Origin: a bacterium
Lineage (GTDB): Bacteria > UBA8248
Assembly (NCBI GenBank): GCA_965199855.1
Contig: OZ241326.1
Location: forward strand, 2,464,001 to 2,528,000
Reading direction: 5' to 3'
Length of the DNA: 64,000 bases
Part shown: one piece after another, positions 49,160 through 59,779 of the stretch
How positions within the stretch are numbered: the first letter of the stretch is position 1
Layout: the number at the start of each line of letters is the position of its first letter
Notes under the pieces: generated by a model
Database searches by the model: none
The model's input: the letters and a program-made list of their open reading frames with translations, nothing else
What the model was told of the DNA's origin: nothing
Position numbers and translations under genes: made by a program

Positions 49160-50119
49160 ATGAGCCGAATCGTCGTGCCGGACGACTATCCTTCCGTATT
49201 CTCCGGCAGCGCCGCCGAGGCGCGCCTGCGCGAAATCGGGAGCGCGGAAATTCATCCGTCGAACCCGCAGACCTCCGGGGAGCTGCTCCGCCGCGCGGAA
49301 GGCGCCGAGGGCGTCATCAACATCCGCGCCTTCTGCAGGTTCGACGCGGAGTTCTTCTCGCGCTGCGGCGCGCTCAGGGCGCTCTCGATTTGGGGGACGG
49401 GAACGGATCACGTAGACCTGGAGGCGGCCAAAGGCGCGGGCGTCGTCGTATCGAACACGCCGGGCGTGGCCGCCGTCTCGGTGGCGGAGCACGCCCTGGC
49501 GCTCATGCTGGCGGCCGCGCGCCAGATTCCCCGAAACGACGCCGCCACGCGCGCGGGCGCGTGGCCCCGGGGCCAGATGACGCAGCTGAGCGGGAAAACC
49601 CTGGGACTCATCGGCCTGGGCGCCATCGGCCGCCGGACGGCGCGCCTCGCCGCAGGCGTCGGGATGCGCCTCATCGCCTGGACGTTTCACCAGGACGCGG
49701 ACTTCGCCGCGGAGGTCGGGCTGGAGTTCGTCGAGCTGGACGACCTCTATGCGCGCGCCGACGTGGTTTCGATACACGCGCGGCAGTCGGCGGACACCGT
49801 CGGCATGGTCGGCGCCGAGGCGTTCTCCCGCATGAAGCCGGGCGCCATTCTGGTGAACACCGCGCGGGGGCTGATCGTGGACGAAGAGGCGCTCGTCTCG
49901 GCGCTGGAGAGCGGAAGTCTGGCCGCGGCGGGCCTCGACGTGTTCGCCGAGGAGCCCCTGCCGCCGAATCACCCGCTGGGAAAACTGGAGAACGCGGTTC
50001 TCTCCCCCCACAACGCGGGCATCACGCCCGAGGTGACGGAAGCGGGCCTGCTGATGGCGGTGGAGAACATCGCCGCCGCTTTCTCGGGAAATCCGCAGAA
50101 CGTGGTCGCCGCGCCGTGA
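49160..50119 (+). CDS. D-isomer-specific 2-hydroxyacid dehydrogenase (SerA-like)
   Basis: SVAEH, GLGAIG, NTARG, AGLDVFAEEP, SPHNAG. Confidence 0.92.
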   Translation: MSRIVVPDDYPSVFSGSAAEARLREIGSAEIHPSNPQTSGELLRRAEGAEGVINIRAFCRFDAEFFSRCGALRALSIWGTGTDHVDLEAAKGAGVVVSNTPGVAAVSVAEHALALMLAAARQIPRNDAATRAGAWPRGQMTQLSGKTLGLIGLGAIGRRTARLAAGVGMRLIAWTFHQDADFAAEVGLEFVELDDLYARADVVSIHARQSADTVGMVGAEAFSRMKPGAILVNTARGLIVDEEALVSALESGSLAAAGLDVFAEEPLPPNHPLGKLENAVLSPHNAGITPEVTEAGLLMAVENIAAAFSGNPQNVVAAP

Positions 50120-50240
50120 TTTGCTATAATGGGCGGGCGGGGAGGAGCCGCTCTCGTTCGCCGGCGCGCCTCGCGCAGAATCGACGAAAGGCGCGAATTC
50201 CCCCGCAATCCTTTCGCCCGGATGAGCCGAGGAGAAAAAA

Positions 50241-50921
50241 ATGAGTCCTACGGGAAGGGCCTGCCTGGCCGAAGCCATCGGCGCCTTCGCGCTGTGCTTC
50301 ATCGGCGCCGGCGCCATCATCCTGAACCAGAAGACGGGAGGAGCCGTGGGCCTGATAGGCATCGCCCTCGCCCACGGTCTGATCCTCTCGGTGATGATTA
50401 CCGCCATGGGGCACGTCTCGGGCGCGCACTACAACCCGGCCGTCACCATCGGCTTCATGGTGACGAAAAGGACGGACGGCGGAACGGGCGCCGCCTACAT
50501 CATCAGCCAGCTCGTGGGCGGGACCGTCGCCGGCATTCTGCTGAGAGTCATCTTCGACGCCGGCGTCTGGGAGAAGGTGAACCTCGGGACGCCGGCCCTC
50601 GCGGGCGACGTGAGCTTCGGCATGGGGATTCTGATCGAAGTCGTCCTCACGTTCTTCCTGGTCATCGCCATCTGGGGCTCCGCCGTGGACGAGAGGCGCC
50701 CCGACGTGGGCGGCTTCGCTATCGGCCTCACCGTCTCCGCGGACATTCTGATGGGCGGGCCGCTCACGGGCGCGGCCATGAACCCGGCGCGCGCGTTCGG
50801 GCCCGCGCTGGCCGGAGGTGGCTTCGACGGCGTCAACCACCTCGTCTATTGGATAGGCCCCATCATCGGAGGCGTGGCGGCGGCGGCGCTCTACAACAGC
50901 GTTCTGATCAAGAAAGACTAG
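50241..50921 (+). CDS. MIP family channel (aquaporin)
   Basis: SGAHYNPAV and AMNPARAFGPA; TGCTATAAT extended -10 at 50122-50130. Confidence 0.93.
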   Translation: MSPTGRACLAEAIGAFALCFIGAGAIILNQKTGGAVGLIGIALAHGLILSVMITAMGHVSGAHYNPAVTIGFMVTKRTDGGTGAAYIISQLVGGTVAGILLRVIFDAGVWEKVNLGTPALAGDVSFGMGILIEVVLTFFLVIAIWGSAVDERRPDVGGFAIGLTVSADILMGGPLTGAAMNPARAFGPALAGGGFDGVNHLVYWIGPIIGGVAAAALYNSVLIKKD

Positions 50922-50977
50922 GACGGACAGCCCGCCCCGACGGTCGGCGCGCCGCCGGGGCGGGGCTTGCCTCGTCC

Positions 50978-51940
50978 TCAAGCGTTCTTCGTGACGACGT
51001 TGATGGGCGCGCCCCGGATGAACGCCTCGATGTTCGCCACCGGCATGTCCCGGAATCTGGCGCATGTCCCGTCCGTCATCCACGCGGAGTGCGGCGTGAT
51101 GACGACGTTCTCCAGAGCGCGATAGGGCGAATCCTCCGGCAGGGGCTCGAACGGCTCGAAAACGTCGAGACCGGCTCCGGCGATGCGCCCCTCCCGCAAG
51201 GCGTCGAGCAGCGCCTCCTCGTCCACGATCCGGGCGCGCGAGGTGTTGATGAAATACGCCGTCTCCTTCATCCGGGCGAATCTCTGGCGCGACATGAAGG
51301 GCGCGGCGCCCGCCGGCGAATGCAGGTGGAGCGACACCACGTCGGAGGCGAGGCATTCATCGACGGAAGCGGCCTCCGCCCCTTCGGCCCGCGCGCGCTC
51401 GGGCGTCATCGAAGGCGAGCAGGCGGCCACCCGCATCCCGAAGCCCAGCGCCATGCGGCAAACCAGGCGGCCGATGCGTCCGAAGCCGACGAGGCCCAGC
51501 GTCTTTCCGGCGAGCTCGATTCCCTGAACCTGCGGCCACTCGCCCGCGCGCATGGCGGGGAGGGTGAGCGGCATTCGCTTCGCCAGCGTCAGGATGAGCA
51601 TCATCGTATGCTCGGCGACCGAGGCGGCGCTCGCCGCGGGCGTCACGCTCACCACGACGCCGCGCTCGTTGGCGCGGTTCATGTCGATCATGCGCGGGCG
51701 CGTGCCCATCACGGAAATCATCCTGAGACGGGGGACGTGATCCAGCAAATCGGTCGTCTTGAAGTCGGTCTGATACCGCGTCGTCAAAATGATTTCCGCG
51801 TCCCCGAGGCGCTCTCGGAGCGCCTCTTCGCTTTCGGCGACGTCCGCGTGGCACCGAACCTCGCCCAAGGCGCGAAGCCGCTCCAAGGCCCCGGAATTTT
51901 CAAACAGGAGGAAGCGGTCGTCGGGAATGACGATTCGCAT
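50978..51940 (-). CDS. D-isomer-specific 2-hydroxyacid dehydrogenase
   Basis: SVAEH, GFGRIG, NTSRA, GLDVF, TPHSAW. Confidence 0.9.
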   Translation of the reverse strand: MRIVIPDDRFLLFENSGALERLRALGEVRCHADVAESEEALRERLGDAEIILTTRYQTDFKTTDLLDHVPRLRMISVMGTRPRMIDMNRANERGVVVSVTPAASAASVAEHTMMLILTLAKRMPLTLPAMRAGEWPQVQGIELAGKTLGLVGFGRIGRLVCRMALGFGMRVAACSPSMTPERARAEGAEAASVDECLASDVVSLHLHSPAGAAPFMSRQRFARMKETAYFINTSRARIVDEEALLDALREGRIAGAGLDVFEPFEPLPEDSPYRALENVVITPHSAWMTDGTCARFRDMPVANIEAFIRGAPINVVTKNA

Positions 51941-51950
51941 GAGCGGAGAA

Positions 51951-53030
51951 TCAGTCGTCGCTCACGAGGACGACCGCCGATTTGTCGATGGTGAGCTTCA
52001 CCCTGCTACCCACGCTGAAGAACTCGTGCGGATCGCCGATGACGCGAAGCGGCTCTTCCAGGCCCGCCACCTTGACGAGATAATCCACCGTGCTGCCGAA
52101 GTAGTAGCCGCGCGTCACCTCTCCCTCGATGAGGTTCTGGCCGTCCGCGCCGCCCACGTCGGCGTCCCGGGGGTGGACCTGAATGCGGTGGGGCCGTATC
52201 GAGACGAGGCCGCCCTCTTTTCCGCCGTCGGAACCCATTTTGAATTTCGCGCCGCTTGCGGCCTCGAAAAGACCCGGGGCGCTCACTCTCCCCTGAATCG
52301 AGTTGGTCACGCCCACGAACTCCGCGACGAACCTCGTCGCCGGAAGATCGTATATCTCCGAGGGTCTGCCCAGCTGCTCGATCTTTCCGCTGTTCATGAC
52401 GCAGATTCTGTCGCTGGTGACCATCGCCTCGGCCTGATCGTGGGTCACGTAGATGCTCGTGATGTTGAACTCGTCGTGCAGGCGCCTGATCTCGAAGCGC
52501 ATCTCCTCGCGCAGGTTGGCGTCGAGGTTCGAGAGCGGCTCGTCGAGCAGCAGGACGGCCGGCTCGACCACCAGAGCGCGCGCCAGCGCCACGCGCTGCT
52601 GCTGGCCGCCCGAAAGCTCCCCCGGATACCGCGAGCCCAGGTGATCCATCTGCACGATGGAGAGCAGGCTCTTCACCCGCCTGTCCGCCTCGGCGCCCGT
52701 TATGCCGCGGAACTTCAGGCCGTAGCCCACGTTCTGCGACACCGTCTTGTGGGGCCAGATGGCGTAGCTCTGGAAGATCATGCTCATGTTGCGGCGCTCG
52801 GGCGGAATGACGCTCGCGCTGTCCGACACGACCTCGCCGTCCATGACGATCTCGCCGGCGTTGGGCTCGATGAAGCCGGCCACGAGCCGCAGGGTGGTCG
52901 TCTTGCCGCAGCCCGACGGCCCCAGCAGGGAGATCAGCTCCCCGTGTTCGATGTGGAGGTCTATCTCGTCCACCGCGCGAACGTCCGAGCCGAATATCTT
53001 CAGCAGACCCTTCAAATCCAGAACAGCCAA
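51951..53030 (-). CDS. ABC ATP-binding protein (FbpC/PotA family)
   Basis: GPSGCGKT, LSGGQQQR, DEPLSNLD, TOBE-like C-terminus. Confidence 0.92.
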   Translation of the reverse strand: MAVLDLKGLLKIFGSDVRAVDEIDLHIEHGELISLLGPSGCGKTTTLRLVAGFIEPNAGEIVMDGEVVSDSASVIPPERRNMSMIFQSYAIWPHKTVSQNVGYGLKFRGITGAEADRRVKSLLSIVQMDHLGSRYPGELSGGQQQRVALARALVVEPAVLLLDEPLSNLDANLREEMRFEIRRLHDEFNITSIYVTHDQAEAMVTSDRICVMNSGKIEQLGRPSEIYDLPATRFVAEFVGVTNSIQGRVSAPGLFEAASGAKFKMGSDGGKEGGLVSIRPHRIQVHPRDADVGGADGQNLIEGEVTRGYYFGSTVDYLVKVAGLEEPLRVIGDPHEFFSVGSRVKLTIDKSAVVLVSDD

Positions 53031-53048
53031 TGGAAGCCTCCCTCTCCT

Positions 53049-54794
53049 CTATCCGGCGGACCGCATGAAGTCCCTGCCCACCAGCCGGAAGCCGGCCGCA
53101 ATCGCCGCCAGGGTGATGAGCAGCAGCAAGACCCCCAGGGCCGAGATGGGCCCCAGCAGCGATTCCTCGTAGAAATCGACGATGACCACCGAGATGACCT
53201 TCGTGTTCGTCGTCCACAGCAGCACCGAGGCGCTCAGCTCCCGAAGCGAGGGCATGAACACCAGAATCCACGACGCGATGACGCCCGTCTTGAACAGGGG
53301 CACCGTCACGTCCTTGAACACCTGGAGCCGGTTCGCGCCCATGATGCGGCAGCTCTCCTCGAGCTCCGGGTGGATGCTCGTGAGCGCCGCGTTCGAGGTC
53401 TGATACGCCAGAGGCAGGTATTTGGTGAGGTAGGCCAGGAACATGATCCACAGCGTGCCGTAGAGCACGAAGGGCTGCTTCGTGTAGGCCGCGAAGAGGC
53501 CCACCGCCAGAACGATGCCGGGAATCCCGATGGGCGCGGTCGCCATGAACCCCAGATACTGATGCCCCTTGATGAGCTGGCGCTGGGCGATGAAGGCGGA
53601 GATCGCGGCCACGATGGTGGCGCCCGTCGCCGCCATGACGGCCAGGAGGATCGTGTTGTAAATCGCCACCCGCACCGCGTCGTTCGTCAGGATGAAATGA
53701 TAATTCCACAAAGTGAAGTTCGCCCAGTTCAGCCCCCCGCCCAGATTCTTCATGAACGACGTGGTGAGCAGGGACAGCGCGGGCAACACGATCGCGCACA
53801 CGAGCGGCAGCAGGCACACGAGAAACAGCGGGATTCGCCAGGCGCCCAGCTTCTGTGGGCGCCTCTGCCCCCCCTTGCCGCCGACGGTGGCGTAGCCCCT
53901 TCGCCCGAGAATCACGCCCCGGGTCCAGACCATGCAGATCGCCACGACGAGCATGGGCATCGCGTAGGCGGAGGCCAGACCGAGCAGATCGTCTTCGGAG
54001 ACCATGAAGGCGCGGAGCTGGGTCGTCATCGTGTGCTGGCCGGCGGGAATCGACAGAACGGCCGGGATGCCGAAAAGAATCATCGCCTCGAGCGCCGCCA
54101 GAATGAAGCCCGCGAAAAGCGAGGGCGCCACGAGCGGCAGGGTAATGCTGAACATCGTGTGGAAGGTGCCGCCGCCCGCCACGTTGGCCGCGTCCTCCAC
54201 GTCCGAGGAGATGTTGTTGAGGCCGGAGAGGACGACGATGAATACGAGGGGGAACGTGTAGAGCGACATGGCGAACACGACGCCCTTCATCGTGAAGATG
54301 TCGAACAGATAGAACTCGCCGCTCAGGCCGAACACCCAGCGAATCAGCTTGTTCAGCCACCCTTCGTTTCTTCCGGCCAGGAATATCCAGGCGATGGCGC
54401 CCAGGAAGGGCGGGGTGACGAACGACGCCAGGATGCCGTTCCGAATCAGGTTCGGGAAGGGAACGTCCGTCCGGCTGACCATCCAGGCCATCACGGCCCC
54501 CACCACCAGGGAGATGACGCCGACCGAAATGGCGAGCATGATCGTGATGTACATCGGCTTGTAGTATTCCGACGTCTGAAAGGCGTCGAAATAATTCTGG
54601 AGCGTGAAGCCGCCGGCCTCGTCCTCGGAGACGAAGAAGCTCTCCTTGAAAAGCTGGAAGATGGGATTCGCCACCAGGATGATCAACAGGATGAAGATCA
54701 CCACCCAGACGATGGCGGTGTAGTCGAATTTCCTGGCGGCCGAGGGGGCGCCGCCGGGGATCGCTCCCGGAAGCCGCTCTGCGTCCTGCGTCAT
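53049..54794 (-). CDS. ABC permease, FbpB-like (two fused TM domains)
   Basis: EDAANVAGG and EESCRIMGA EAA loops. Confidence 0.9.
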   Translation of the reverse strand: MTQDAERLPGAIPGGAPSAARKFDYTAIVWVVIFILLIILVANPIFQLFKESFFVSEDEAGGFTLQNYFDAFQTSEYYKPMYITIMLAISVGVISLVVGAVMAWMVSRTDVPFPNLIRNGILASFVTPPFLGAIAWIFLAGRNEGWLNKLIRWVFGLSGEFYLFDIFTMKGVVFAMSLYTFPLVFIVVLSGLNNISSDVEDAANVAGGGTFHTMFSITLPLVAPSLFAGFILAALEAMILFGIPAVLSIPAGQHTMTTQLRAFMVSEDDLLGLASAYAMPMLVVAICMVWTRGVILGRRGYATVGGKGGQRRPQKLGAWRIPLFLVCLLPLVCAIVLPALSLLTTSFMKNLGGGLNWANFTLWNYHFILTNDAVRVAIYNTILLAVMAATGATIVAAISAFIAQRQLIKGHQYLGFMATAPIGIPGIVLAVGLFAAYTKQPFVLYGTLWIMFLAYLTKYLPLAYQTSNAALTSIHPELEESCRIMGANRLQVFKDVTVPLFKTGVIASWILVFMPSLRELSASVLLWTTNTKVISVVIVDFYEESLLGPISALGVLLLLITLAAIAAGFRLVGRDFMRSAG

Positions 54795-54933
54795 GTCCGC
54801 GTCTTTCCTTTCCGGCGTTCAGCCGCCGCCGAAAAACGCCTTCCGCCGAAGCATCCGCCCCGGCGAAGCAAAGCGAAGAGGCGGGAGCGGCCTCCCGATT
54901 TCGCACGAGAAGCCGCCCCCGCCCGTCATGCTC

Positions 54934-55947
54934 CTACACGCCGAATATCTTCTTGAACCTCTTGCGCGTCGGCTTGTTCTTCTTCTTCAGTTCGTTCCCG
55001 TCGATGGCCATCAGGTTGATGTCCTTGAGCGCGGGCAGCGCCTTGGGATACTTCACGTCGGGGTTGCCCACGTACAGGAAGTAGTTCGCCAGAAGCTGCA
55101 TGGTCTCCAGACTGAACAGGTAGTCGGTGAACACGCGAGCGGCGTTGGGGTTCGGCGCTTTCGTGAATACGCCGTTGGGCGAGGTCACCAGCGCCAGACC
55201 CGCCGGGGGAACGATGGGCTTGAGCGGCTCGCCGCCCTGTATCTTACTGAGCAGCGAGTAGGAGGTCGTGCCCGCGCCCAGCCAGAGCTCCCCGCGCGCG
55301 ACGAGCGGAATGCTGCCGGCGGCGGACTGCACGATCTTGGGCTCCTGCTTCGCCAGCTTCTCGTAGTAGCCCCAGCCGAACTTGTTGACGATGTTGATCA
55401 TGCCGTTCGTGACGAACCCGCTGTAGCTCGGGTGCGAGTGAACGATTTTGCCCTTCCATCTCGGGTCGAGGAAATCCTTGTAGGTCTTGGGGGCGTCCTT
55501 CGCGCTGATCTTCTTGGTGTTGTAGAAGGGCATCAGCACGCCGGCGCGGAGAATCGTCCAGTAGTTGTCCTTGGTCACGAACGCGGGGTTGAAGTTGCCG
55601 GTTCCGGCCGGCTTGTAGGGCGTGATGATCTTCTTGGCTTTGAGGTTCAGGAAGTGGCCCAGGTTCGACGTGTGGAGGACGTCCGCGACGTAGATGCCGC
55701 CCTTGCGCTCCTGAAGATACCGGCGATAGAGCTTGCCCGAGCCGTCGCGGTGAAGGACGCACTGAACCCCCATCTTCTTCTTGTTGAAGCGGTTGCAGAT
55801 GTCCTGCGCGATGTTCAGCGTGATGGAGGAATACCAGGTGACCTTCCCCTCCTTCTTCGCGGCGCGCATGGTGGCCTCGTCCGCGGCGAACGCGGGCGCG
55901 CTCAGCAAGGCCGCCGCCATGAAGCCGGTGATGATTCCTTTCCGCAT
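54934..55947 (-). CDS. ABC substrate-binding protein (FbpA/AfuA-like family)
   Basis: Signal peptide ending AFA, AAKKEGKVTWYSS, DFLDPRWKGKI, APNPNAARVF. Confidence 0.88.
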   Translation of the reverse strand: MRKGIITGFMAAALLSAPAFAADEATMRAAKKEGKVTWYSSITLNIAQDICNRFNKKKMGVQCVLHRDGSGKLYRRYLQERKGGIYVADVLHTSNLGHFLNLKAKKIITPYKPAGTGNFNPAFVTKDNYWTILRAGVLMPFYNTKKISAKDAPKTYKDFLDPRWKGKIVHSHPSYSGFVTNGMINIVNKFGWGYYEKLAKQEPKIVQSAAGSIPLVARGELWLGAGTTSYSLLSKIQGGEPLKPIVPPAGLALVTSPNGVFTKAPNPNAARVFTDYLFSLETMQLLANYFLYVGNPDVKYPKALPALKDINLMAIDGNELKKKNKPTRKRFKKIFGV

Positions 55948-56131
55948 TTTTCCTCTCCTTCCGTTGATCGTGTGGCGGCGGGCGCGAGGCGCGGAAAATC
56001 CCGTCCCCGCTCGCGCGAGAGCATAGTCCTCCTGCCCGCCAGTCATCCAGCGTGTCGCGGCTTTTGAAAAGGTATGGAGAAGCATATCAAAATCGGCCGC
56101 ATCGTCAAGCGCGCAATTTCGCCGCGAGGCA

Positions 56132-57415
56132 TTATGCGCGGCTCCGCGCGAATTCCTCCTCCGCGTCCTTCGGCCCGTCCCCGGCGGCGAGACGCCTCGC
56201 GACGCAGATGGTGGCGAGCGCGCCCAGCATCGCCGCCGCGCCCGGGCCGACGAAGGCCCAGCTCCAGTTCACGGGCAGAAGTTCCCCGCCCCCCGAATCG
56301 CCGCTCATGTCCAGGAATTTTCCCACGACCATGGGGGAGAGGGAGCCGAGCAGAAAGCCCAGGCCGGACTGGATTCCCAGCGCCGAGCCGAGATAGCGCC
56401 TGGGCGCGAGCTCCGCGGTCAGCACCACGAGGACGGGGGCGTCCACGTGCATCGCTATCACCCAGATCAGGCACAGCGCCTGGAGGACCCAGAAAGGCGC
56501 CCCGAAGGCCAGACCGATGGAAGCCGAAACCAGGCCGCTCAGAAAAAGACTCCAGATGATGGTGGGCGGGCGGCCGATGCGATCGGCGCACCAGCCGCCG
56601 ATGAGCTTCGAGACCGCGCTCAGACCGATGATCAGGGCGGCGGACGAGGAGGCGGCGCGCAGGGCGCTCTCGCGCGTCTCCTCCCCCGTCACCATCAGCG
56701 AGGCCGCCAGAAAGGTGACGATCCATCCACGGAACGCGAACACCTCCCATCGGTGCGCGCCCGCGACTCCCATCAGCGCCCACGCGGGCGCGGGCAGTCT
56801 CGGGAATTCAAAGCCTTTGTCCTCGCGGCCCCTCGGCGCGGGCAGCTTCGGGAGCAGGAACGCCATGGCCGAGAACCCGACCGCCGGCCCCAGAGACGTC
56901 AGCGCGAACGCGGCGCGCCACTCGTAATGCGGGACGAGCGCGCCCGTCGCGTAAATCGAGACGGCGACTCCCACGGTGTAGAAAAACGTATAGACCCCCA
57001 CCATGCGGGCGCGTCCGCCCGCCGGGGCGTATTCCGCCACCAGCCTCAGGGCGGGAGCGTAGGTTCCGGCCAGTCCCACCCCCGTGAGTCCCCGGAGCAA
57101 CGCCGCGCTCGCGAAGCCCTCGGCCAAGAGCGGGAACATGAGATTCAGGAGCGCCAGCCAAAGGCTCGAGGCCAGATATATCCTCTTCGCGCTCATGTAG
57201 TCCGTCGCCGTCGCCAGCGCCGCCGAGGCGAGGATGTAGCCCGCGTAAAACGCCGTATAAATCGCGCCCGCCTGCGCGTTGGTGAGGCTCCATTCCGCCT
57301 TGAGCAGCGGCAGGGCCGCCACGTAGTTCGCATACACGAGCATCACGGGCACCTGCGCCGCGCAGAGCGCCCAGAGCCATCGGTTCGACGGCGCGCGGAG
57401 CGCCTGCTCCCGCAT
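56132..57415 (-). CDS. MFS transporter
   Basis: About 12 hydrophobic segments, LRGLTGVGLAG, GWCADRIGR; start at MREQAL. Confidence 0.85.
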   Translation of the reverse strand: MREQALRAPSNRWLWALCAAQVPVMLVYANYVAALPLLKAEWSLTNAQAGAIYTAFYAGYILASAALATATDYMSAKRIYLASSLWLALLNLMFPLLAEGFASAALLRGLTGVGLAGTYAPALRLVAEYAPAGGRARMVGVYTFFYTVGVAVSIYATGALVPHYEWRAAFALTSLGPAVGFSAMAFLLPKLPAPRGREDKGFEFPRLPAPAWALMGVAGAHRWEVFAFRGWIVTFLAASLMVTGEETRESALRAASSSAALIIGLSAVSKLIGGWCADRIGRPPTIIWSLFLSGLVSASIGLAFGAPFWVLQALCLIWVIAMHVDAPVLVVLTAELAPRRYLGSALGIQSGLGFLLGSLSPMVVGKFLDMSGDSGGGELLPVNWSWAFVGPGAAAMLGALATICVARRLAAGDGPKDAEEEFARSRA

Positions 57416-57560
57416 GAAAGCCTCCTTCGCCAGGGGACGGGAAGATGATAAGGGATTCGCGGTTCTCTGACGAGAGAGGAGCGCTCCCCCTCCGACTACC
57501 CGAAGGCGGGCGTTCTGATATATTCTTGCATTTTCCCGATTCTTTTTCCGGAGTGCGCCG

Positions 57561-58439
57561 ATGCCCGCACCCGTCATCGACTTCAGGGTCTCCTGCCCCG
57601 TCCCCGAGGGGCTGAACAGATACCTGAAGCCCGAGGGCCGCTTCGCCGACTACGCCAGGCACTACGGCGAGCGGGTGTATGGCGGCAAGGCGGAATACGG
57701 CTGCATGGAGCCGGCCGCGTTCGTCGCCTTTCTGGACGAGCAGGGGGTGGACAAGGCGCTCGTCAAGGCCTCCGACATGACGACGATCTCGGGGACGAAG
57801 TTTCCCGCCCGCGTTCTGCACGAATACATCAGGGACCACCCCGACCGCCTCATCGGAACGGCCGGGTGCGACCCCTTCCGGGGCATGGACGCGGTGCGCG
57901 ATCTGGAGCGCGACGTGAGAGACTATGGACTAAAGGGCGTGAACATGGGGCCTTGGGAGCTCGGCCTCTACGCGAACGACAAGAAATTCTACCCCATCTA
58001 CGCCAAGTGCGTGGAGCTGGACGTTCCCGTTCTGCTTCACACGTCCATGAATCTTTCGAGCTCGAACCTGCTCGACTTCGGGCGGCCGATTTATCTGGAC
58101 GAGGTGGCGAGGGATTTTCCCGAGCTTCGCGTCGTGGCGGTGCACGGGGGCTGGCCCTGGATCGCCGAGATGATCGCCGTGAGCTGGCGCCATCCCAATC
58201 TGTATATCGAAATCAGCGGAACGATGCCCGGATACATCGCCGCCCCCGGCAGCGGATGGGAGCCTCTGATTCGCTACGGAGGCTCCGTGCTCAAGAACAA
58301 GATTCTCTGGGCCTCGAACTGGCCGATGATCAGCCCGAAGGAGAGCCTGGCCGAATTCGACAAGTTCCCGCTCAGGGACGACGTGAAAGAGCGCTGGTTC
58401 GGCGGAAACGCCCTGCGCGTCCTGGGGCTGGAAGCGTAA
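57561..58439 (+). CDS. Amidohydrolase_2 family protein
   Basis: YPIYAKCVELDVPVLLH, DFPELRVVAVHGGWPW, HPNLYIEIS, ILWASNWP. Confidence 0.88.
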   Translation: MPAPVIDFRVSCPVPEGLNRYLKPEGRFADYARHYGERVYGGKAEYGCMEPAAFVAFLDEQGVDKALVKASDMTTISGTKFPARVLHEYIRDHPDRLIGTAGCDPFRGMDAVRDLERDVRDYGLKGVNMGPWELGLYANDKKFYPIYAKCVELDVPVLLHTSMNLSSSNLLDFGRPIYLDEVARDFPELRVVAVHGGWPWIAEMIAVSWRHPNLYIEISGTMPGYIAAPGSGWEPLIRYGGSVLKNKILWASNWPMISPKESLAEFDKFPLRDDVKERWFGGNALRVLGLEA

Positions 58440-58451
58440 CCGCCCCCGGGA

Positions 58452-58486
58452 GAAAAAAGGACGGGGGCAGCCGCCCCCGCCTTTTC
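58452..58486. terminator. Bidirectional terminator between convergent genes
   Basis: AAAAAAGG-ACGGGGG-cagccg-CCCCCG-CCTTTT. Confidence 0.6.
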
Positions 58487-58511
58487 GCTCACCGCGTTCG
58501 ACTGCGCCTTC

Positions 58512-59402
58512 TCAGGTCGCCACCGCCTCCCCGATCAGGCCGTATTCCCTGACGAACGCCTCCAGCCGCTTCATGTTGGCGTCCGAGGGCGGGCAGAGCG
58601 GCAGCCTGTATTCCAGGGCGATGCGCCCCATGATCGCCAGCGCCGCCTTCGCCGGAATCGGGTTCGTCTCGCAGAACATCATGTGGTTGAGCTCCCACAT
58701 CCCGTAGTGCAGCTCCCTGGCCCTGGCGGCGTCTCCGTCGAGTTGGGCCTGGCACATCCCGGCCACGTCGGCGGGCGCCACGTTCGCGGTCACCGAAATC
58801 GTGCCCACGGCGCCCATCGCCATCATGGGCAGCGTGACGAAGTCGTCCCCCGAAAGCACGATGAAATCCTCCGGGACGCGGGAGATGATGTCGCAGCAGT
58901 TCGCCAGACTCCCGGTCGCCTCCTTGATTCCCACGACGTTGGGAATCTCCGCGAGGCGCGCCACCGTGTCGGGGGCGATTGGAACGACCGTGCGGCCGGG
59001 CACGTTGTAGAGAACGACGGGGATGTCCGCCGATTCCGCGATGGCGCGAAAATGCCGATACAGCCCCTCCTGCGTCGGCTTGTTGTAGTAGGGCGCCACC
59101 AGGAGCGCGCCGTCCGCGCCGGCGCGCATGGCGAACTTCGTGCGTTGCACGGCCTCCGCCGTGCTGTTCGAGCCCGAGCCGGCGATGACGGGGATCCTCC
59201 CGCCGACCTGCTCGATCACGAGCTCCACCACCCGGTCGTGCTCGTCATGGCTCAGCGTGGCGGACTCTCCGGTGGTGCCGCACGCCACGATGCCGCGCGT
59301 TCCGTTTTCCACGTGAAATTCCACCAGCGAGCGAACGCCCCCTTCGTCGAGTTTGCCGTCGCGGAACGGGGTGACCATCGCGACGTAAGAGCCCTTGAAC
59401 AT
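58512..59402 (-). CDS. dapA: 4-hydroxy-tetrahydrodipicolinate synthase
   Basis: GTTGES, PYYNKP, LYNVPGRT, GIKEA, SGDD, ETNPIP. Confidence 0.96.
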   Translation of the reverse strand: MFKGSYVAMVTPFRDGKLDEGGVRSLVEFHVENGTRGIVACGTTGESATLSHDEHDRVVELVIEQVGGRIPVIAGSGSNSTAEAVQRTKFAMRAGADGALLVAPYYNKPTQEGLYRHFRAIAESADIPVVLYNVPGRTVVPIAPDTVARLAEIPNVVGIKEATGSLANCCDIISRVPEDFIVLSGDDFVTLPMMAMGAVGTISVTANVAPADVAGMCQAQLDGDAARARELHYGMWELNHMMFCETNPIPAKAALAIMGRIALEYRLPLCPPSDANMKRLEAFVREYGLIGEAVAT

Positions 59403-59666
59403 GAGGAGACCTCCTTCTTCCTCCGCTCATCGCGGAAAAAAAGAATCTCAAGCCCCGCCTTCATCATGGGGCGCGCATGACGCAACCGCCACGGCGAACA
59501 TGAGCGTTCCACAACCTCCCGATGGCGTCCATCCTATCAAAGCGGCCCATGAGACGCAAGAAACGGAATTGCGCCGCATCCGGCATGAAGCGCCCGCATT
59601 CCGCCCGTCGCGGGGCGAACGGCCCGGCGGGACGCCCCTTTTCTGCCGCCCCGCAATACTTTTGTT

Positions 59667-59741
59667 TTGACAAGCGAATAAAAAAATTGTAATGTTGTTG
59701 AAATTCAACGGGTTGAGTTGACATATCAAGAAATTTCTTGA
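59667..59741. promoter_or_regulatory. AT-rich promoter region with two palindromes between dapA and the carboxypeptidase gene
   Basis: TTGACA-17-TAATGT; GTTGAA-A-TTCAAC (59697-59709); perfect TCAAGAAATTTCTTGA (59726-59741). Confidence 0.55.
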
Positions 59742-59779
59742 AAAACTCGCCCGAACCGCCCGGATTCCAGGGAGAAACC

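Noticed and set aside
51789-54956. 1055-aa plus-strand ORF and similar long ORFs (32538-35096, 5645-7543, 22338-24428, 37061-39082, 52006-54906)
   Set aside because: Antisense or off-frame shadows of well-supported genes in high-GC DNA; no motifs.
59403-59660. Lysine riboswitch upstream of dapA
   Set aside because: I could not identify the conserved AGAGG start, loop-E motif or terminator.
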